Source of the DNA: Eubacteriales bacterium
GTDB lineage: Bacteria > Bacillota > Clostridia > Oscillospirales > CAG-272
Reading direction: 5' to 3'
Length of the DNA stretch: 64,000 nucleotides
Assembly: GCA_045543555.1 (NCBI GenBank)
Contig: JAZQMQ010000023.1
Span: 5,446 to 69,445, forward strand
Of the stretch, positions 34,868-45,228 are shown in pieces; position 1 is the stretch's first letter, and every line of letters begins with the position of its first letter. The notes under the pieces were generated by a model, which saw nothing but the letters and a program-made list of their open reading frames with translations, made no database searches and was not told the DNA's origin. A program made the translations under genes and the position numbers.

Positions 34868-37374
34868 AACTTTCCTTCTCAAACAGGGGTTGGCGCGAGC
34901 TTTCCTTCGAAAATATGCTCGATGCCGCGTCGGACATGGGATTTTCGGGAGTAGAGATATATAATCTTCAAAACGTCTCCGCCATGACCGAAAAGGGCGC
35001 ACCATTTCATAAATATAACGTAGCGTCAACGGCACGTCAGCTTCGGGACAGAAAGCTTTCAATCCCTTGCTTTGATACCTCCTGCGACGTATCCGATCCA
35101 ACGGTTATAAACACGGTGGTCAGCCTTATGGAAATAGCTCACGATGCGGGTGTTCCTTACGTTGTCGTATGTGCTCTGCACGACGAAGAAAACGCAGTTT
35201 ACTCCACCCTCACGGCTCTTTTACAGAAGGCACAGAAGCTCTCGGTTTCGATCCTTGTGAAAACAAGCGGTATCTATTCCGACACCTCCCGTCTGCGCAC
35301 CCTTCTCGAAAGCTTCGCATCCGATAACCTCGCAGCTCTGTGGGACGTTCACCACACCTACCGTGACCACGGCGAAAGCGGTGACGATACTATAAAAAAT
35401 CTCGGTGCGTACATCTGCCACGTTCACGTCCGTGATTCCGACGACAGCGGAGCGTATCAGCTGATCGGCGAGGGCACGATGCCCATATCCGACGTTATGC
35501 GCGCGCTCTCCTCGGTAAATTACGACGCATTCATTTCTCTTGAATGGAAGCCCGAGTGGATCGAAGGGCTCGACGATCCCGAGATAATCTTCCCCCATTT
35601 TGTAAACTATATGTCCCGTTTCCATTCGACTCGGGATATGAAAAAGACACTCTATTTTAACCACGACGGAAGCGGTCAGTACATCTGGAAAAAGGACGAG
35701 CTTATCGACCTTACATTCTCACAGGTGCTCGACCGTGTCGCCGACGAGTTCCCGGACCAGTACTGCTTCAAATACACGACTCTCGACTACACACGCACCT
35801 ATGCACAGTTTCGCGAGGACGTCGACAAATTTGCCCGTGCTCTCGTTTCTCTCGGTGTAAAGGCCGGCTCAAAGGTCGCAGTTTGGGCAACGAACCTGCC
35901 CGCTTGGTACATCACCTTTTGGGCAACCACCAAGCTCGGCGCGGTGCTCGTTACCGTCAATACCGCTTATAAGATACACGAGGCGGAATACCTGCTCCGT
36001 CAGTCCGACACGCATACACTCGTTATGATCGAGAGCTGTCTCGACTCAAATTATAAGGATATTATAAATACCCTCTGCCCCGAAATTAAGGACGCAACTC
36101 CGGGTGAGCCGTTACACTGTAAGAAGCTTCCCTTCCTTCGTAACGTAATAACGGTTGGATTTAAGCAGGCGGGCTGTCTCACCTTTGATGAGGCGATAGC
36201 ACGTCATAAGCTTGTGCGCCGCGAGACCGTGGCGAGAATGGCGGCGGCAGTACGCCCTTCCGACGTCTGCAATATGCAGTACACTTCGGGCACGACAGGC
36301 TTCCCCAAGGGAGTTATGCTCACTCACTATAACGTCGTAAATAACGGCAAATGTATCGGCGACAGAATGGGACTTTCGACTGCAGACCGAATGATGATAC
36401 ACGTTCCGATGTTCCATTGCTTCGGTATGACCCTTTCGATGACGTCGTCAATGACTCACGGTGCAACAATGTGCCCGATGCCCTATTTCTCTGCAAAATC
36501 GTCACTTGCCTGCATAAATCAGGAGAAGATAACCTGCTTCAACGGTGTTCCGACAATGTTTATCGCAATGTTCAACCACCCCGATTACCGCCGTACCGAT
36601 TTCTCGCATATGAGAACGGGAATAATGGCAGGCGCAGGTTGTCCGCCCGAGCTGATGAAGCGCGCGGCGCAGCCCGATGAGATGAATATGAGGGGTATCG
36701 TCAGCGTATACGGTCAGACCGAGTGCGCCCCCGGTAATACCATGAGCTCGTGGACCGATCCTATTGAGGTTCGTACCGAGACCGTCGGTTACGCATTCCC
36801 CCACGTTCGCTGTAAGATAGTCGATCCCGAAACGGGCGAGGAGCTTGGTGCGGGACAAAACGGCGAATTTTGTGCCAAGGGCTATAATACGATGAAGGGC
36901 TACTATAAGATGCCCAATTCCACCAAGGATACCGTCGATGAGGACGGCTGGCTCCATTCGGGCGACCTCGCATCGCGCGACGAGCAGGGTAACTATCGCA
37001 TCACAGGTCGTCTTAAGGATATGATAATCCGCGGAGGAGAAAACATCTACCCCAAGGAGATCGAGGAATTCATCTACACCCATCCGATGACCAAGGACGT
37101 TCAGGTTATAGGCGTACCCGACAAGAAGTACGGCGAAGAAATAATGGCTTGTATCATCCTTAAGGAGAAGGATTGCATAACTGTGGATGAAATGTCCGCC
37201 TACATCAAGGCAAATATGGCCCGTCATAAGGTGCCGAAGTACATCGAATTCGTCGATAGCTTCCCAATGAACGCAGCCGGAAAGATCCTCAAGTATAAAA
37301 TGCGCGAGGATGCCGCAAAACGCCTCGGACTTATCGGTGACGGTTCCGACACCGCAGGCCCCGGCAATAACTGA
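34864..37374 (+). CDS. Xylose-isomerase-like TIM barrel fused to an AMP-binding acyl-CoA ligase
   Basis: N-terminal WDVHH, HVHVRD, SLEW. C-terminal QYTSGTTGFPKG, YGQTE, WLHSGD, GRLKDMIIRGGENIYP.EIE, GKILK. Confidence 0.85.
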   Translation: MKLSFSNRGWRELSFENMLDAASDMGFSGVEIYNLQNVSAMTEKGAPFHKYNVASTARQLRDRKLSIPCFDTSCDVSDPTVINTVVSLMEIAHDAGVPYVVVCALHDEENAVYSTLTALLQKAQKLSVSILVKTSGIYSDTSRLRTLLESFASDNLAALWDVHHTYRDHGESGDDTIKNLGAYICHVHVRDSDDSGAYQLIGEGTMPISDVMRALSSVNYDAFISLEWKPEWIEGLDDPEIIFPHFVNYMSRFHSTRDMKKTLYFNHDGSGQYIWKKDELIDLTFSQVLDRVADEFPDQYCFKYTTLDYTRTYAQFREDVDKFARALVSLGVKAGSKVAVWATNLPAWYITFWATTKLGAVLVTVNTAYKIHEAEYLLRQSDTHTLVMIESCLDSNYKDIINTLCPEIKDATPGEPLHCKKLPFLRNVITVGFKQAGCLTFDEAIARHKLVRRETVARMAAAVRPSDVCNMQYTSGTTGFPKGVMLTHYNVVNNGKCIGDRMGLSTADRMMIHVPMFHCFGMTLSMTSSMTHGATMCPMPYFSAKSSLACINQEKITCFNGVPTMFIAMFNHPDYRRTDFSHMRTGIMAGAGCPPELMKRAAQPDEMNMRGIVSVYGQTECAPGNTMSSWTDPIEVRTETVGYAFPHVRCKIVDPETGEELGAGQNGEFCAKGYNTMKGYYKMPNSTKDTVDEDGWLHSGDLASRDEQGNYRITGRLKDMIIRGGENIYPKEIEEFIYTHPMTKDVQVIGVPDKKYGEEIMACIILKEKDCITVDEMSAYIKANMARHKVPKYIEFVDSFPMNAAGKILKYKMREDAAKRLGLIGDGSDTAGPGNN

Positions 37375-37395
37375 CAGAAAGGATAAAACGTCATC

Positions 37396-38196
37396 ATGGC
37401 ATTCCCCATAGCACTTCTGTGGCTCTTTATTGCCGCAATGGTAATAAGCTCAATAGGCTTTAAAAATTATGTTTGGTTCATTTCTCTCGGCTACGGTTTT
37501 TCGGTAGCGGGCGAGGGCATTCTGATGCTTATTCTGTACGGAAAGCAGCTCAGCATCGGAACGATACTCTGCTGTGCCCTATTTATAATTTACGGTTTCA
37601 GGCTAAGCGGCTATCTTGCCATAAGAGAATTTGGCAGCAGCTCCTACAAGAAGAACATGAAGGGTGAGATCAAGGACGGAAAATTTGTTCCCTTCGGAGT
37701 CAAGATAGCAATCTGGGTAACCTGTGCGCTCCTTTACGTCACTCAGGTTTCGGGCGTGACGTACCGTCTTGAAAACTCGAGTGCGGATGACGTATTCGTT
37801 TATATCGGTATCGCAGTTATGGCGTTGGGTCTCGTTCTCGAAACGGTTGCCGACATTCAGAAAAATAACGCCAAAAAGGTAAATCCCAAGCGCTTTGTGG
37901 ATACGGGACTTTACCGCTTCGTGCGTTGCCCCAACTACCTCGGTGAAATGATCTTCTGGACCGGCGTTCTCGTGTCCGGGATTGGCGCGGTCAAGGGATG
38001 GCAGTGGGTGATAGTCGCAATTGGATACGTCGGTATCATATTTGTAATGTTCAGCGGCGCCCGCAGACTTGAGCTTCGTCAGAATAAAAACTACGGCAGC
38101 GACCCCGAATACCAAAAATACGTAAAGACCGTTCCGATAATGGTTCCCTTCATTCCTCTTTACAGCGTAGAAAAATATAAATGGCTGGTAGCATAA
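37396..38196 (+). CDS. DUF1295 / steroid 5-alpha-reductase-like membrane protein
   Basis: Multiple TM segments; LETVADIQK, GLYRFVRCPNYLGE, YQKY. Confidence 0.8.
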   Translation: MAFPIALLWLFIAAMVISSIGFKNYVWFISLGYGFSVAGEGILMLILYGKQLSIGTILCCALFIIYGFRLSGYLAIREFGSSSYKKNMKGEIKDGKFVPFGVKIAIWVTCALLYVTQVSGVTYRLENSSADDVFVYIGIAVMALGLVLETVADIQKNNAKKVNPKRFVDTGLYRFVRCPNYLGEMIFWTGVLVSGIGAVKGWQWVIVAIGYVGIIFVMFSGARRLELRQNKNYGSDPEYQKYVKTVPIMVPFIPLYSVEKYKWLVA

Positions 38197-38197
38197 G

Positions 38198-38231
38198 AAA
38201 AGTCGCAGACGAAACTGTCTGCGACTTTTTT
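38198..38231. terminator. Bidirectional intrinsic terminator
   Basis: AAAAGTCGCAGAC-gaaact-GTCTGCGACTTTTT. Confidence 0.75.
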
Positions 38232-38709
38232 AGAGTGATACAATATCTGCAACCGTTATTTTAAACACGTTGTGGAGCGTTTCAGGCTTCAATTTCACCT
38301 GATGTCCTACCTTGCCGCCCGAAAATGCTATGTATGTTTTTGAAGCAGATATTTCGTCAATATACGTGGGAAACTGTTTTTTCATACCGATGGGAGAACA
38401 GCCACCGTGCACGTAACCTGTCAGAGGAAGAAGCATTTTTTGAGGGATCAGGCTGATCGATTTTTCTCCCGTCACGCTTGCAGCCTTTTTTAAATCAAGC
38501 TCGCCGTTCACACGCACCATAAATACGTAATTTTGCCCGCTTTTTCCTTCGCAAACGAGCGTTTTAAACATAGCGTCGATATCTATACCAATATTCCTTG
38601 TCAGCTCCTCCGAGCTTAATGTGAGATTGTCGTAGGAGTAGCTTTCATATTCTGCTTTCTTTGCATCAAGAAAGCGCATAACGTTTGTTTTTTCAATCTT
38701 TGTTTTCAT
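38230..38709 (-). CDS. ybaK: Cys-tRNA(Pro) deacylase YbaK
   Basis: KTNVMR.LD, FKTLV, LDLKK, TGYVHGGCSPIGMK, SGGKVG. Confidence 0.88.
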   Translation of the reverse strand: MKTKIEKTNVMRFLDAKKAEYESYSYDNLTLSSEELTRNIGIDIDAMFKTLVCEGKSGQNYVFMVRVNGELDLKKAASVTGEKSISLIPQKMLLPLTGYVHGGCSPIGMKKQFPTYIDEISASKTYIAFSGGKVGHQVKLKPETLHNVFKITVADIVSL

Positions 38710-38846
38710 ATTTATCCCATTATATTTTTGCAAATAAGATTTTTCAATTTCACACATACCGATGATGAATAATTATAACACAAATGATTCCTCGATTCAA
38801 GATGTTTTTCGTGTAATAAAGCTCCGCAAATTACGGAAATAGCATA

Positions 38847-38876
38847 TTGACAATAATTTACGGAATATGATATACT
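38847..38876 (+). promoter_or_regulatory. sigma-A promoter
   Basis: TTGACA-18 nt-TATACT with extended TG. Confidence 0.55.
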
Positions 38877-38919
38877 GGTGTCAAATAATAAGTCTTTTTG
38901 ACTTAAGGAGGAATATATT

Positions 38920-39465
38920 ATGGAACAAAAATTTTGTACCCACTGCGGCGCATCCTTGATACAGATAACCCGATTCTGCCCACACTGCGGTTCTCCTCTG
39001 CAAGCGGCTCAGACAAGTGATGAACAACACGCACAGCCTCAATACAATCCCAATCAATATTCCCAATACGGCTATCCTTATCAGCAGGCACAGTATATAC
39101 CTCACCCAATCTACTACAAGCCCAAGGTTCCCGGCAGAGGTTTTTCCATTTCATCAATGGTTCTCGGCATAATTGCCATGGTGATCTCATTCTCTTTATT
39201 TGCCTCAACTGTAGAAGCTATCAGTGAGCTAAAAAATCTTGATAAAGTAGGTACTATCATATCTGAAGAAATATCTCAAGCCATGATGTCATTCGTAATA
39301 GTATCGAGTATCTATTCGATTCTTTCAATACTTGCCATTTCGTTTGCAATCGGCGCTTTCGCAAAAAAGAACCGTTGCGGTAAAAGCATTTCGGGATTGG
39401 TCTTGGGCATTGTGAGCCTATTACTGTTCGTTGGCTCTATCGTGCTTTCCGTTCCTTACATCTGA
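38920..39465 (+). CDS. Zinc-ribbon membrane protein (DUF4190-like)
   Basis: FCTHCG...FCPHCG, Q/Y/P-rich linker, SMVLGI...GLVLGI TM helices. Confidence 0.75.
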   Translation: MEQKFCTHCGASLIQITRFCPHCGSPLQAAQTSDEQHAQPQYNPNQYSQYGYPYQQAQYIPHPIYYKPKVPGRGFSISSMVLGIIAMVISFSLFASTVEAISELKNLDKVGTIISEEISQAMMSFVIVSSIYSILSILAISFAIGAFAKKNRCGKSISGLVLGIVSLLLFVGSIVLSVPYI

Positions 39466-39478
39466 TATGACTGAATAT

Positions 39479-39511
39479 AAAAGCTCCCATCTTTACGGAT
39501 GGGAGCTTTTT
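39479..39511. terminator. Bidirectional terminator overlapping the EamA stop
   Basis: AAAAGCTCCCATC-6 nt-GATGGGAGCTTTT. Confidence 0.65.
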
Positions 39512-40428
39512 CTGCACTGCTTTTTATTTTTGCTATGCTTTGAACTCTTGAACACAGGACTGTCCGACGAGCACAGCCAGGCGCCCGCCGCCATAAGTCC
39601 CAGAGCGACAAAAAACGTATATTTCGGCATATCCCTGAATACGACAAGCGATAGCGCAACACCGATAAACGGTGCAATGGCATAATATGCGCTGGTTCTT
39701 GCAGCACCGAGAATGCGCTGTGCATAAACGTAAACGAAAATGCTGAGTCCGTATGCAACGCATCCGACCGCAAGCACCGCAAATACGCTGAAAAGATGTG
39801 TTACCCGCTCACCCATGACGAGTCCGACGGTTATTGACCCGAAACCCGAAAAAATACCCTTTAGAAGCACAATTTCAAGTGGATCCTTACTAGACAGACG
39901 GCGTGTGCAGTTGTTTTCAATGCCCCAACACAAGCAGGCGGCAAGAATAAACAGAGAGCCTAGAGAAAATTTAAGACTTGAGACGTCCTCAAATGAAAGG
40001 ACTGCGCAGGAAACCGCAACGAACCCTATGCCAATCCAAAGACGAGGGCTGATCTTTTCCTTAAAGACCGCAAGGGCGATAAGCGCCGTTGCAACTATCT
40101 CAAAATTATTTAGCAAAGACGCGTTGGCTGCCGTCGTGTGCGAAAGACCGAGAAGCAGAAATATTGGTGCCAAAATATCGAGGACTATCATTGCCAACGT
40201 GTACGGCAGATCGTCTCTTGTTATCTTCTCCTCCGTACGACCCGTTTTAGCCGTTTTGCGCACGATAAAAACGACGCCCATACACAGCCCCGCGCCAAGA
40301 TATAAAAATCCTGCCATAAGAGTTGGTGACATATATTCAAGAAGAAGCTTGGAAAACGGTGAATTTATGGCGTACAGAGCCGCCGCCAGCACTGCGAGAA
40401 GGATCCCCATGGGTCTTGTGTTTTTCAT
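39493..40428 (-). CDS. DMT/EamA family transporter
   Basis: About 10 TM segments in two halves; [17 protein letters not shown]. Confidence 0.85.
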   Translation of the reverse strand: MKNTRPMGILLAVLAAALYAINSPFSKLLLEYMSPTLMAGFLYLGAGLCMGVVFIVRKTAKTGRTEEKITRDDLPYTLAMIVLDILAPIFLLLGLSHTTAANASLLNNFEIVATALIALAVFKEKISPRLWIGIGFVAVSCAVLSFEDVSSLKFSLGSLFILAACLCWGIENNCTRRLSSKDPLEIVLLKGIFSGFGSITVGLVMGERVTHLFSVFAVLAVGCVAYGLSIFVYVYAQRILGAARTSAYYAIAPFIGVALSLVVFRDMPKYTFFVALGLMAAGAWLCSSDSPVFKSSKHSKNKKQCRKSSHP

Positions 40429-40967
40429 ATATTGTCTTTTACCTTATTCCACGTTTCTTTTGTCATAAGCATAGCGTGTCCCGTTCTTATCTCGTTAAGA
40501 AGCGACACCTCAATGCCTTCGGTGGTGTGGTGATAAACGAATCCCAGCTTTTCCTGAACCCGACGGGATTTCACGTTTCCGTCGTAATGACCGCACCATA
40601 CTCTATTCATTCCCAGATCCTCAAATGCGTGACGAAGAAGCTCGTGAGACGCCTCGGGAATAAGCCCCTGCCCCCAAAACGGCTTGCCTATCCAATAGCC
40701 AAGCTCGTATTCATCGTCATTTTCGGCAAGGTCGTTTCGGTGCAGACCGACACTTCCTATGGGCTTACCGTTTTCCTTAAGACAAACGGCATAGGTCTCA
40801 CTTGCCGAGAGCACCGTGCTGATTATCTCACGGCTATTTTCAACGTCGGTATGCGGTGGCCAACCCGCAGGCAGCCCGACATCGGGGTCGCAGGCGTATC
40901 TGTATAGCTCCTCCGCATCATCCGTAACCCACGGGCGTAGAATAAGTCGGGGTGTTTTAAGTATCAT
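40425..40967 (-). CDS. GNAT acetyltransferase (RimJ/RimL-like)
   Basis: [16 protein letters not shown]...WGQG, N..S.RV.EKLGF. Confidence 0.88.
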   Translation of the reverse strand: MILKTPRLILRPWVTDDAEELYRYACDPDVGLPAGWPPHTDVENSREIISTVLSASETYAVCLKENGKPIGSVGLHRNDLAENDDEYELGYWIGKPFWGQGLIPEASHELLRHAFEDLGMNRVWCGHYDGNVKSRRVQEKLGFVYHHTTEGIEVSLLNEIRTGHAMLMTKETWNKVKDNI

Positions 40968-41454
40968 GGCTTTTATCTCCGTGCAAAAATGTCGTCAGGC
41001 TGTCGCCTGCAAGACGGAAGGTCGTCCATTCATCAAGGGATTCTGCGCCGAGGGAACGGTAAAATTCGATGCTTGGCTTGTTCCAGTCAAGACACGACCA
41101 TTCAAGCCGTCCGCATCCGCGCTCGGCAGTTATCCTCGCAAGCTCGATCATAAGTGCCTTACCGTGTCCGCGCCCTCTGTACTCGGGTTTTACGTAAAGA
41201 TCCTCAAGATATATGCCCGCGCGTCCCAGAAAGGTGGAAAAATTATGGAAAAACAGCGCAAATCCCACTTCGATGCCGTTTTCGAGTGCAAAAATCACTT
41301 CGGCTTTTTCCTTTTCAAATATCCACTCGCGTAGCAGATCTTCGTTTGCAACCACAAGATCGGTCATTTTTTCATATTCGGCAAGACCTTTTATAAATTC
41401 TAAAATTAGTGCCGTATCTTTTTCCGTGGCTAATCTGAAGTTTGTTTTGCTCAT
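40957..41454 (-). CDS. GNAT acetyltransferase (SSAT/diamine acetyltransferase-like)
   Basis: LAEYEK, YLEDLYV.PEYRGRG.G, RLEW.CLDWN..SI.FY. Confidence 0.88.
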   Translation of the reverse strand: MSKTNFRLATEKDTALILEFIKGLAEYEKMTDLVVANEDLLREWIFEKEKAEVIFALENGIEVGFALFFHNFSTFLGRAGIYLEDLYVKPEYRGRGHGKALMIELARITAERGCGRLEWSCLDWNKPSIEFYRSLGAESLDEWTTFRLAGDSLTTFLHGDKSHDT

Positions 41455-41951
41455 TGTACCTCTCCGATCAAGTTTGTCAGAAAGCAGTCTGCTTCCTCCC
41501 TGCTTTTGAAGATATAAACCTTTTTATCCGAATATTTACTCAGCAACTCATATATTACCGGAAGGTTTTTGTCTCCAAATTCCTCAATTTCTTTTTTGAG
41601 TCTCGGATCAAGCTCTGTATCTATCCAAGGCATATCGTAACGCTTCTTGCCGAGGCGCGAGATTGCGCCCTCAAGGCAGACCGAGCTTGGCAGATCAAAA
41701 AGAAATACCGTGTCACACGCCGCCATTCTGCTTTTGATCGTCCTGCTGTAATTACCGTCAATTATCCACGTGTCGAGGGAAAGGATCTCCGAAAGACGGG
41801 CATCGTATTCGTCCCTTGATATATGTGTCCTGTCGGGCTTATGCCATATTGCGTCAAGATAAAACAAAGGCAGGTCTGTTGCGGCTTTAAGCTTCTCAGC
41901 AAAGGTGGTCTTGCCGCTTCCGGGACATCCTATAACGATTATTTTTTTCAT
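41451..41951 (-). CDS. Adenylate-kinase-like P-loop protein (FlaR/topology modulation family)
   Basis: IGCPGSGKTT, LDAIW, WIIDGNY. Confidence 0.82.
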   Translation of the reverse strand: MKKIIVIGCPGSGKTTFAEKLKAATDLPLFYLDAIWHKPDRTHISRDEYDARLSEILSLDTWIIDGNYSRTIKSRMAACDTVFLFDLPSSVCLEGAISRLGKKRYDMPWIDTELDPRLKKEIEEFGDKNLPVIYELLSKYSDKKVYIFKSREEADCFLTNLIGEVQ

Positions 41952-41961
41952 TATTCCTCCT

Positions 41962-42711
41962 TTACGGAGCGTATTCCTCAATAATTTTCATAACGTCCTT
42001 ATCATACACGTTCCCGCTTAGAACGTCGCCGTTGGGAGAAAAGGACAGGCATTTTACGTTTTGCGGATCCTCCTGATAGGGATTATCGGGTGCGAAGGAG
42101 GAAAAATATTCCGACAGATATTCTTTCGCGTTACCCTCGGGAAAGATCAGATTTCCATCACCCACCAAAATAGGCAGATCCGAAAATTCAGCCAAGATTT
42201 CCTTCGTTTTATCGTTGTAAGGGTTATTATCGTCTTTACCGACCAACCAAGCAGGCTGAAGTCGTACGGTGATGCCGCATTTTACAGCCTCGCGGGCAAA
42301 TATCTTTACGGTTTCAAGTGGAATCGTCTCCTGATGAAAGGCATCCACCGACAAAAGAAGATCGTTTACACCGCATTCGTACAATTCGGATGCAACACTG
42401 CATATCTCTGCTGCGTTCTTCGTAAAAAATCCGTTTGTGATGACTTGACGCCTCGGTATATTCAGCTCGGTAGCAGTTTTCATAATGGCGTACACCGTTT
42501 CAGGATAGAGCAGCGGCTCCCCACCAAATGTCATAACCGTTTTTATATCATATTCCGTTGCTATTTTGCGCACTGCATCTGAAGCAACTTTGGGGTCGAT
42601 TCTCTCACCGCATATACTGTGATCACCCTCAGAGCAATGCTTACATCTGCCCGTGCAGGCGTAGGTCACTACGAATTCTATTTTACTTAAATTTACAAGA
42701 CATCGATTCAT
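41962..42711 (-). CDS. Radical SAM protein
   Basis: CTGRCKHC, FGGEP, ITNG, SVDAFHQE. Confidence 0.85.
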   Translation of the reverse strand: MNRCLVNLSKIEFVVTYACTGRCKHCSEGDHSICGERIDPKVASDAVRKIATEYDIKTVMTFGGEPLLYPETVYAIMKTATELNIPRRQVITNGFFTKNAAEICSVASELYECGVNDLLLSVDAFHQETIPLETVKIFAREAVKCGITVRLQPAWLVGKDDNNPYNDKTKEILAEFSDLPILVGDGNLIFPEGNAKEYLSEYFSSFAPDNPYQEDPQNVKCLSFSPNGDVLSGNVYDKDVMKIIEEYAP

Positions 42712-42713
42712 AT

Positions 42714-43301
42714 TCAGTCAATATTTTCTATCGCGGTTATAAGCGCACAAACGATCTGCTCCATATCCATCGACGGCTCCTTATTCTGTTCATTTGAATA
42801 CGGCACGTGAATGAATCCGACTCTTGTCTTTGTGTTCTTATAGTTATCAAGAAGAGTATAGATTACGTCGTTACAAACGTATGCACCCGCAGAATACGAT
42901 ACTCTTGACGGAATTCCGACATTCTTGATAGCCTCGGAAATTTTACGCACGGGAAGTGTTGAAAAATATGCGTTCTCTCCATTGGAAATTATAGTCTCGT
43001 CAATTGGCTGATTACCGTTATTATCGGGGATTGATGCGTAACGCAGATTTATTCCCACAAGCTCTGGAGTAACTGCGTCACGTCCGCCGGCCTGACCGAT
43101 ACAGAGAATTACGTCGGGGTTCACCTCTTTCGCAGTATTGATTATTTTCTGAGCACCTGCCCCAAACACAACAGGAACTGAAAGCTTTGTCAGAGCATAC
43201 CCGTTAATTTCGGAAGGAAGCCGAAAAACAGCCTCCCACGACGGATTGATTATTTCTCCGCCAAAAGGCTCAAAGCCGGTTATAAGCAATTTTTTCATCA
43301 T
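42714..43301 (-). CDS. pcp: Pyroglutamyl-peptidase I
   Basis: TGFEPF, NPSW, GQAGGR, SAGAYVCN, GFIHVP. Confidence 0.93.
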   Translation of the reverse strand: MMKKLLITGFEPFGGEIINPSWEAVFRLPSEINGYALTKLSVPVVFGAGAQKIINTAKEVNPDVILCIGQAGGRDAVTPELVGINLRYASIPDNNGNQPIDETIISNGENAYFSTLPVRKISEAIKNVGIPSRVSYSAGAYVCNDVIYTLLDNYKNTKTRVGFIHVPYSNEQNKEPSMDMEQIVCALITAIENID

Positions 43302-43360
43302 ATATCTCCGTTTGCACCTCAGGGATTTCCCTAAATGAAATTACGTTTATTTTTTCTATG

Positions 43361-44074
43361 TTATTGTTGGTCAAGATGCCATCCGTGATCGCCGTGATAT
43401 ATCATTTGCCTCGTCATACCGCCGTCGATACAGATATTTTCACCTGTAATAAAGCCTGCCATATCGGAGCAAAGATATAGCACCATATTTGCAATATCGG
43501 GAGGATTGCCAACCCTGCCCGCAGGCTGTTGAATTGCATCGGAGCCTGAATATACGGTATAATCATTGTCTATCCATCCGGGAGAAACAGAATTGACTCT
43601 TACCTTTCCCGCAAGAGATACAGCGAGAGCATGGGTAAGCGCGGATATTCCGCCCTTTGCGGCAGTATAGCTTTCGGTTTCCTTCTGACTCATACGGTCA
43701 CGGGAGGAAGAGATGTTCACTATACTCGCACCCTCATTAAAATAAGGAGCAAAAAGTTTTGAAAGATAGAACGGAGCAGTAACACCTACCTGTAGGGCAT
43801 ATTCAAAATCCTCATAACTGCAATTTTCTATTCCGCACATCTTAGGCGCGGCATTATTTATGAGATAATCAATATGTCCATATTCCGCAATTACCTTTTT
43901 TGCAAATATTTCAAGGGTTTGCTTATCGGATAAGTCGCCGACAAAATAATCATTTTCGAGCAGGTCGATAACACACACAGTTGCCCCTGCCCTCTCAAAG
44001 CTTTCGCGGATGCACTTTCCGATTCCCCTTGCGCCGCCAGTTACAACTACGATCTTGTCTTTAAAATCAAACAT
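43361..44074 (-). CDS. Short-chain dehydrogenase/reductase
   Basis: TGGARGIG, INNA, YTAAK, VNSVSPG. Confidence 0.9.
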   Translation of the reverse strand: MFDFKDKIVVVTGGARGIGKCIRESFERAGATVCVIDLLENDYFVGDLSDKQTLEIFAKKVIAEYGHIDYLINNAAPKMCGIENCSYEDFEYALQVGVTAPFYLSKLFAPYFNEGASIVNISSSRDRMSQKETESYTAAKGGISALTHALAVSLAGKVRVNSVSPGWIDNDYTVYSGSDAIQQPAGRVGNPPDIANMVLYLCSDMAGFITGENICIDGGMTRQMIYHGDHGWHLDQQ

Positions 44075-44076
44075 CT

Positions 44077-44670
44077 TTACACCTCAATAAGAATTGCTCT
44101 GCAAGGAGCTCCATCCGATCCTCCGAGATTTAGCGGTGCTGCGCTGAGGAGATATCTTCCCTCCTCCACACCGTTAAGTCTCAACCCTTCAAGAAGAACG
44201 ATCTCCGCTCCAAGCATAGTCAAATGTGTTTTCATAGGTGCATCCTCAGGTCCTACAGTCTGGGATTCGTTACCGTACAGATAAATTTTCTCCTCCGAAA
44301 GAAGCATTGCTGCTTCGATTCCCAGAGTAGCCTTTCCGCCTACAAGAATACGTTTAGCACATTCCTCCGAAATACTTTGAGCCTTATAAAGTATATCGGA
44401 CATAGTTTTATAATCGATCACTCCGTCAAAATGAGCTACGTAGCACTCTCCGACGGTCTTGTTCAGGTGAATTTTGTCAACCGTTGCACCGTCATCGATG
44501 AAATGATAGGGAGCATCTATATGTGTGCCGTTGTGAGCGCACATGGAAAATGCGGTCACGTTACAAAACGAGCCGTCCTTTATCGTACATAGCACTTCCC
44601 TTTTAGGCGCAGGATCTGTGGGCCATACCGCGCATGAAAACAGCTCTTGGGAAATATCGTATATCTTCAT
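44077..44670 (-). CDS. Cyclase family (KynB-like) metal hydrolase
   Basis: HNGTHIDAPYH, LEGL.L, DGAPCRA. Confidence 0.85.
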   Translation of the reverse strand: MKIYDISQELFSCAVWPTDPAPKREVLCTIKDGSFCNVTAFSMCAHNGTHIDAPYHFIDDGATVDKIHLNKTVGECYVAHFDGVIDYKTMSDILYKAQSISEECAKRILVGGKATLGIEAAMLLSEEKIYLYGNESQTVGPEDAPMKTHLTMLGAEIVLLEGLRLNGVEEGRYLLSAAPLNLGGSDGAPCRAILIEV

Positions 44671-45134
44671 ACTTTCAACTCCATGTGTCTTCTGCTTTCG
44701 GTCATTCCCATTTTTTCATAAAAAGCGATGGCATTTTTATTGAATGCCCAAACGTTCAGATCAATTGCAGAGCACTTAAGCTCCGATGCAAGCTTTTTAG
44801 CCTCATCGAAAAGAGCCTTTCCGACGCCTTTGCCGCGCGTTCCCCCGTCAACACAAAGATCGTCGATATATAATACACGTCTGAAGCGCTTAAGACCGTC
44901 TGCCTCCGTGACCTTTTTCATACAAATCAGATATCCGACAACTCTTCCGTCTTCAACTGCGCTGAAAACATACACATTGGGATCTTCTATTATCTTCTCA
45001 ACGTCCGAAATACCGTATTTGGCAACGTTTCCCTCAAAAACATCGGGGTTCCCCTCTGCGTGAAGCCTCGCTATATCGCAAAGAAGCCTGTGTATGTCTT
45101 CAGAATCGTTTTTTATTGCTCTTCTCACTTCCAT
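44667..45134 (-). CDS. GNAT acetyltransferase
   Basis: YIDDLCV...RGKGVG, N.NAIAFYEKMG. Confidence 0.88.
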   Translation of the reverse strand: MEVRRAIKNDSEDIHRLLCDIARLHAEGNPDVFEGNVAKYGISDVEKIIEDPNVYVFSAVEDGRVVGYLICMKKVTEADGLKRFRRVLYIDDLCVDGGTRGKGVGKALFDEAKKLASELKCSAIDLNVWAFNKNAIAFYEKMGMTESRRHMELKV

Positions 45135-45190
45135 GTGAATAACCTCCGGGTGATATTATTTATATTATACTGCCGTACATACAAAAAAGC

Positions 45191-45216
45191 AAGCCCTTCA
45201 AGTAATGAAGGGCTTT
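45191..45216 (-). terminator. Intrinsic terminator after rsmB
   Basis: AAGCCCTTCA-agtaa-TGAAGGGCTT, with a T-run downstream on the minus strand. Confidence 0.65.
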
Positions 45217-45228
45217 GACCTTGGACTA

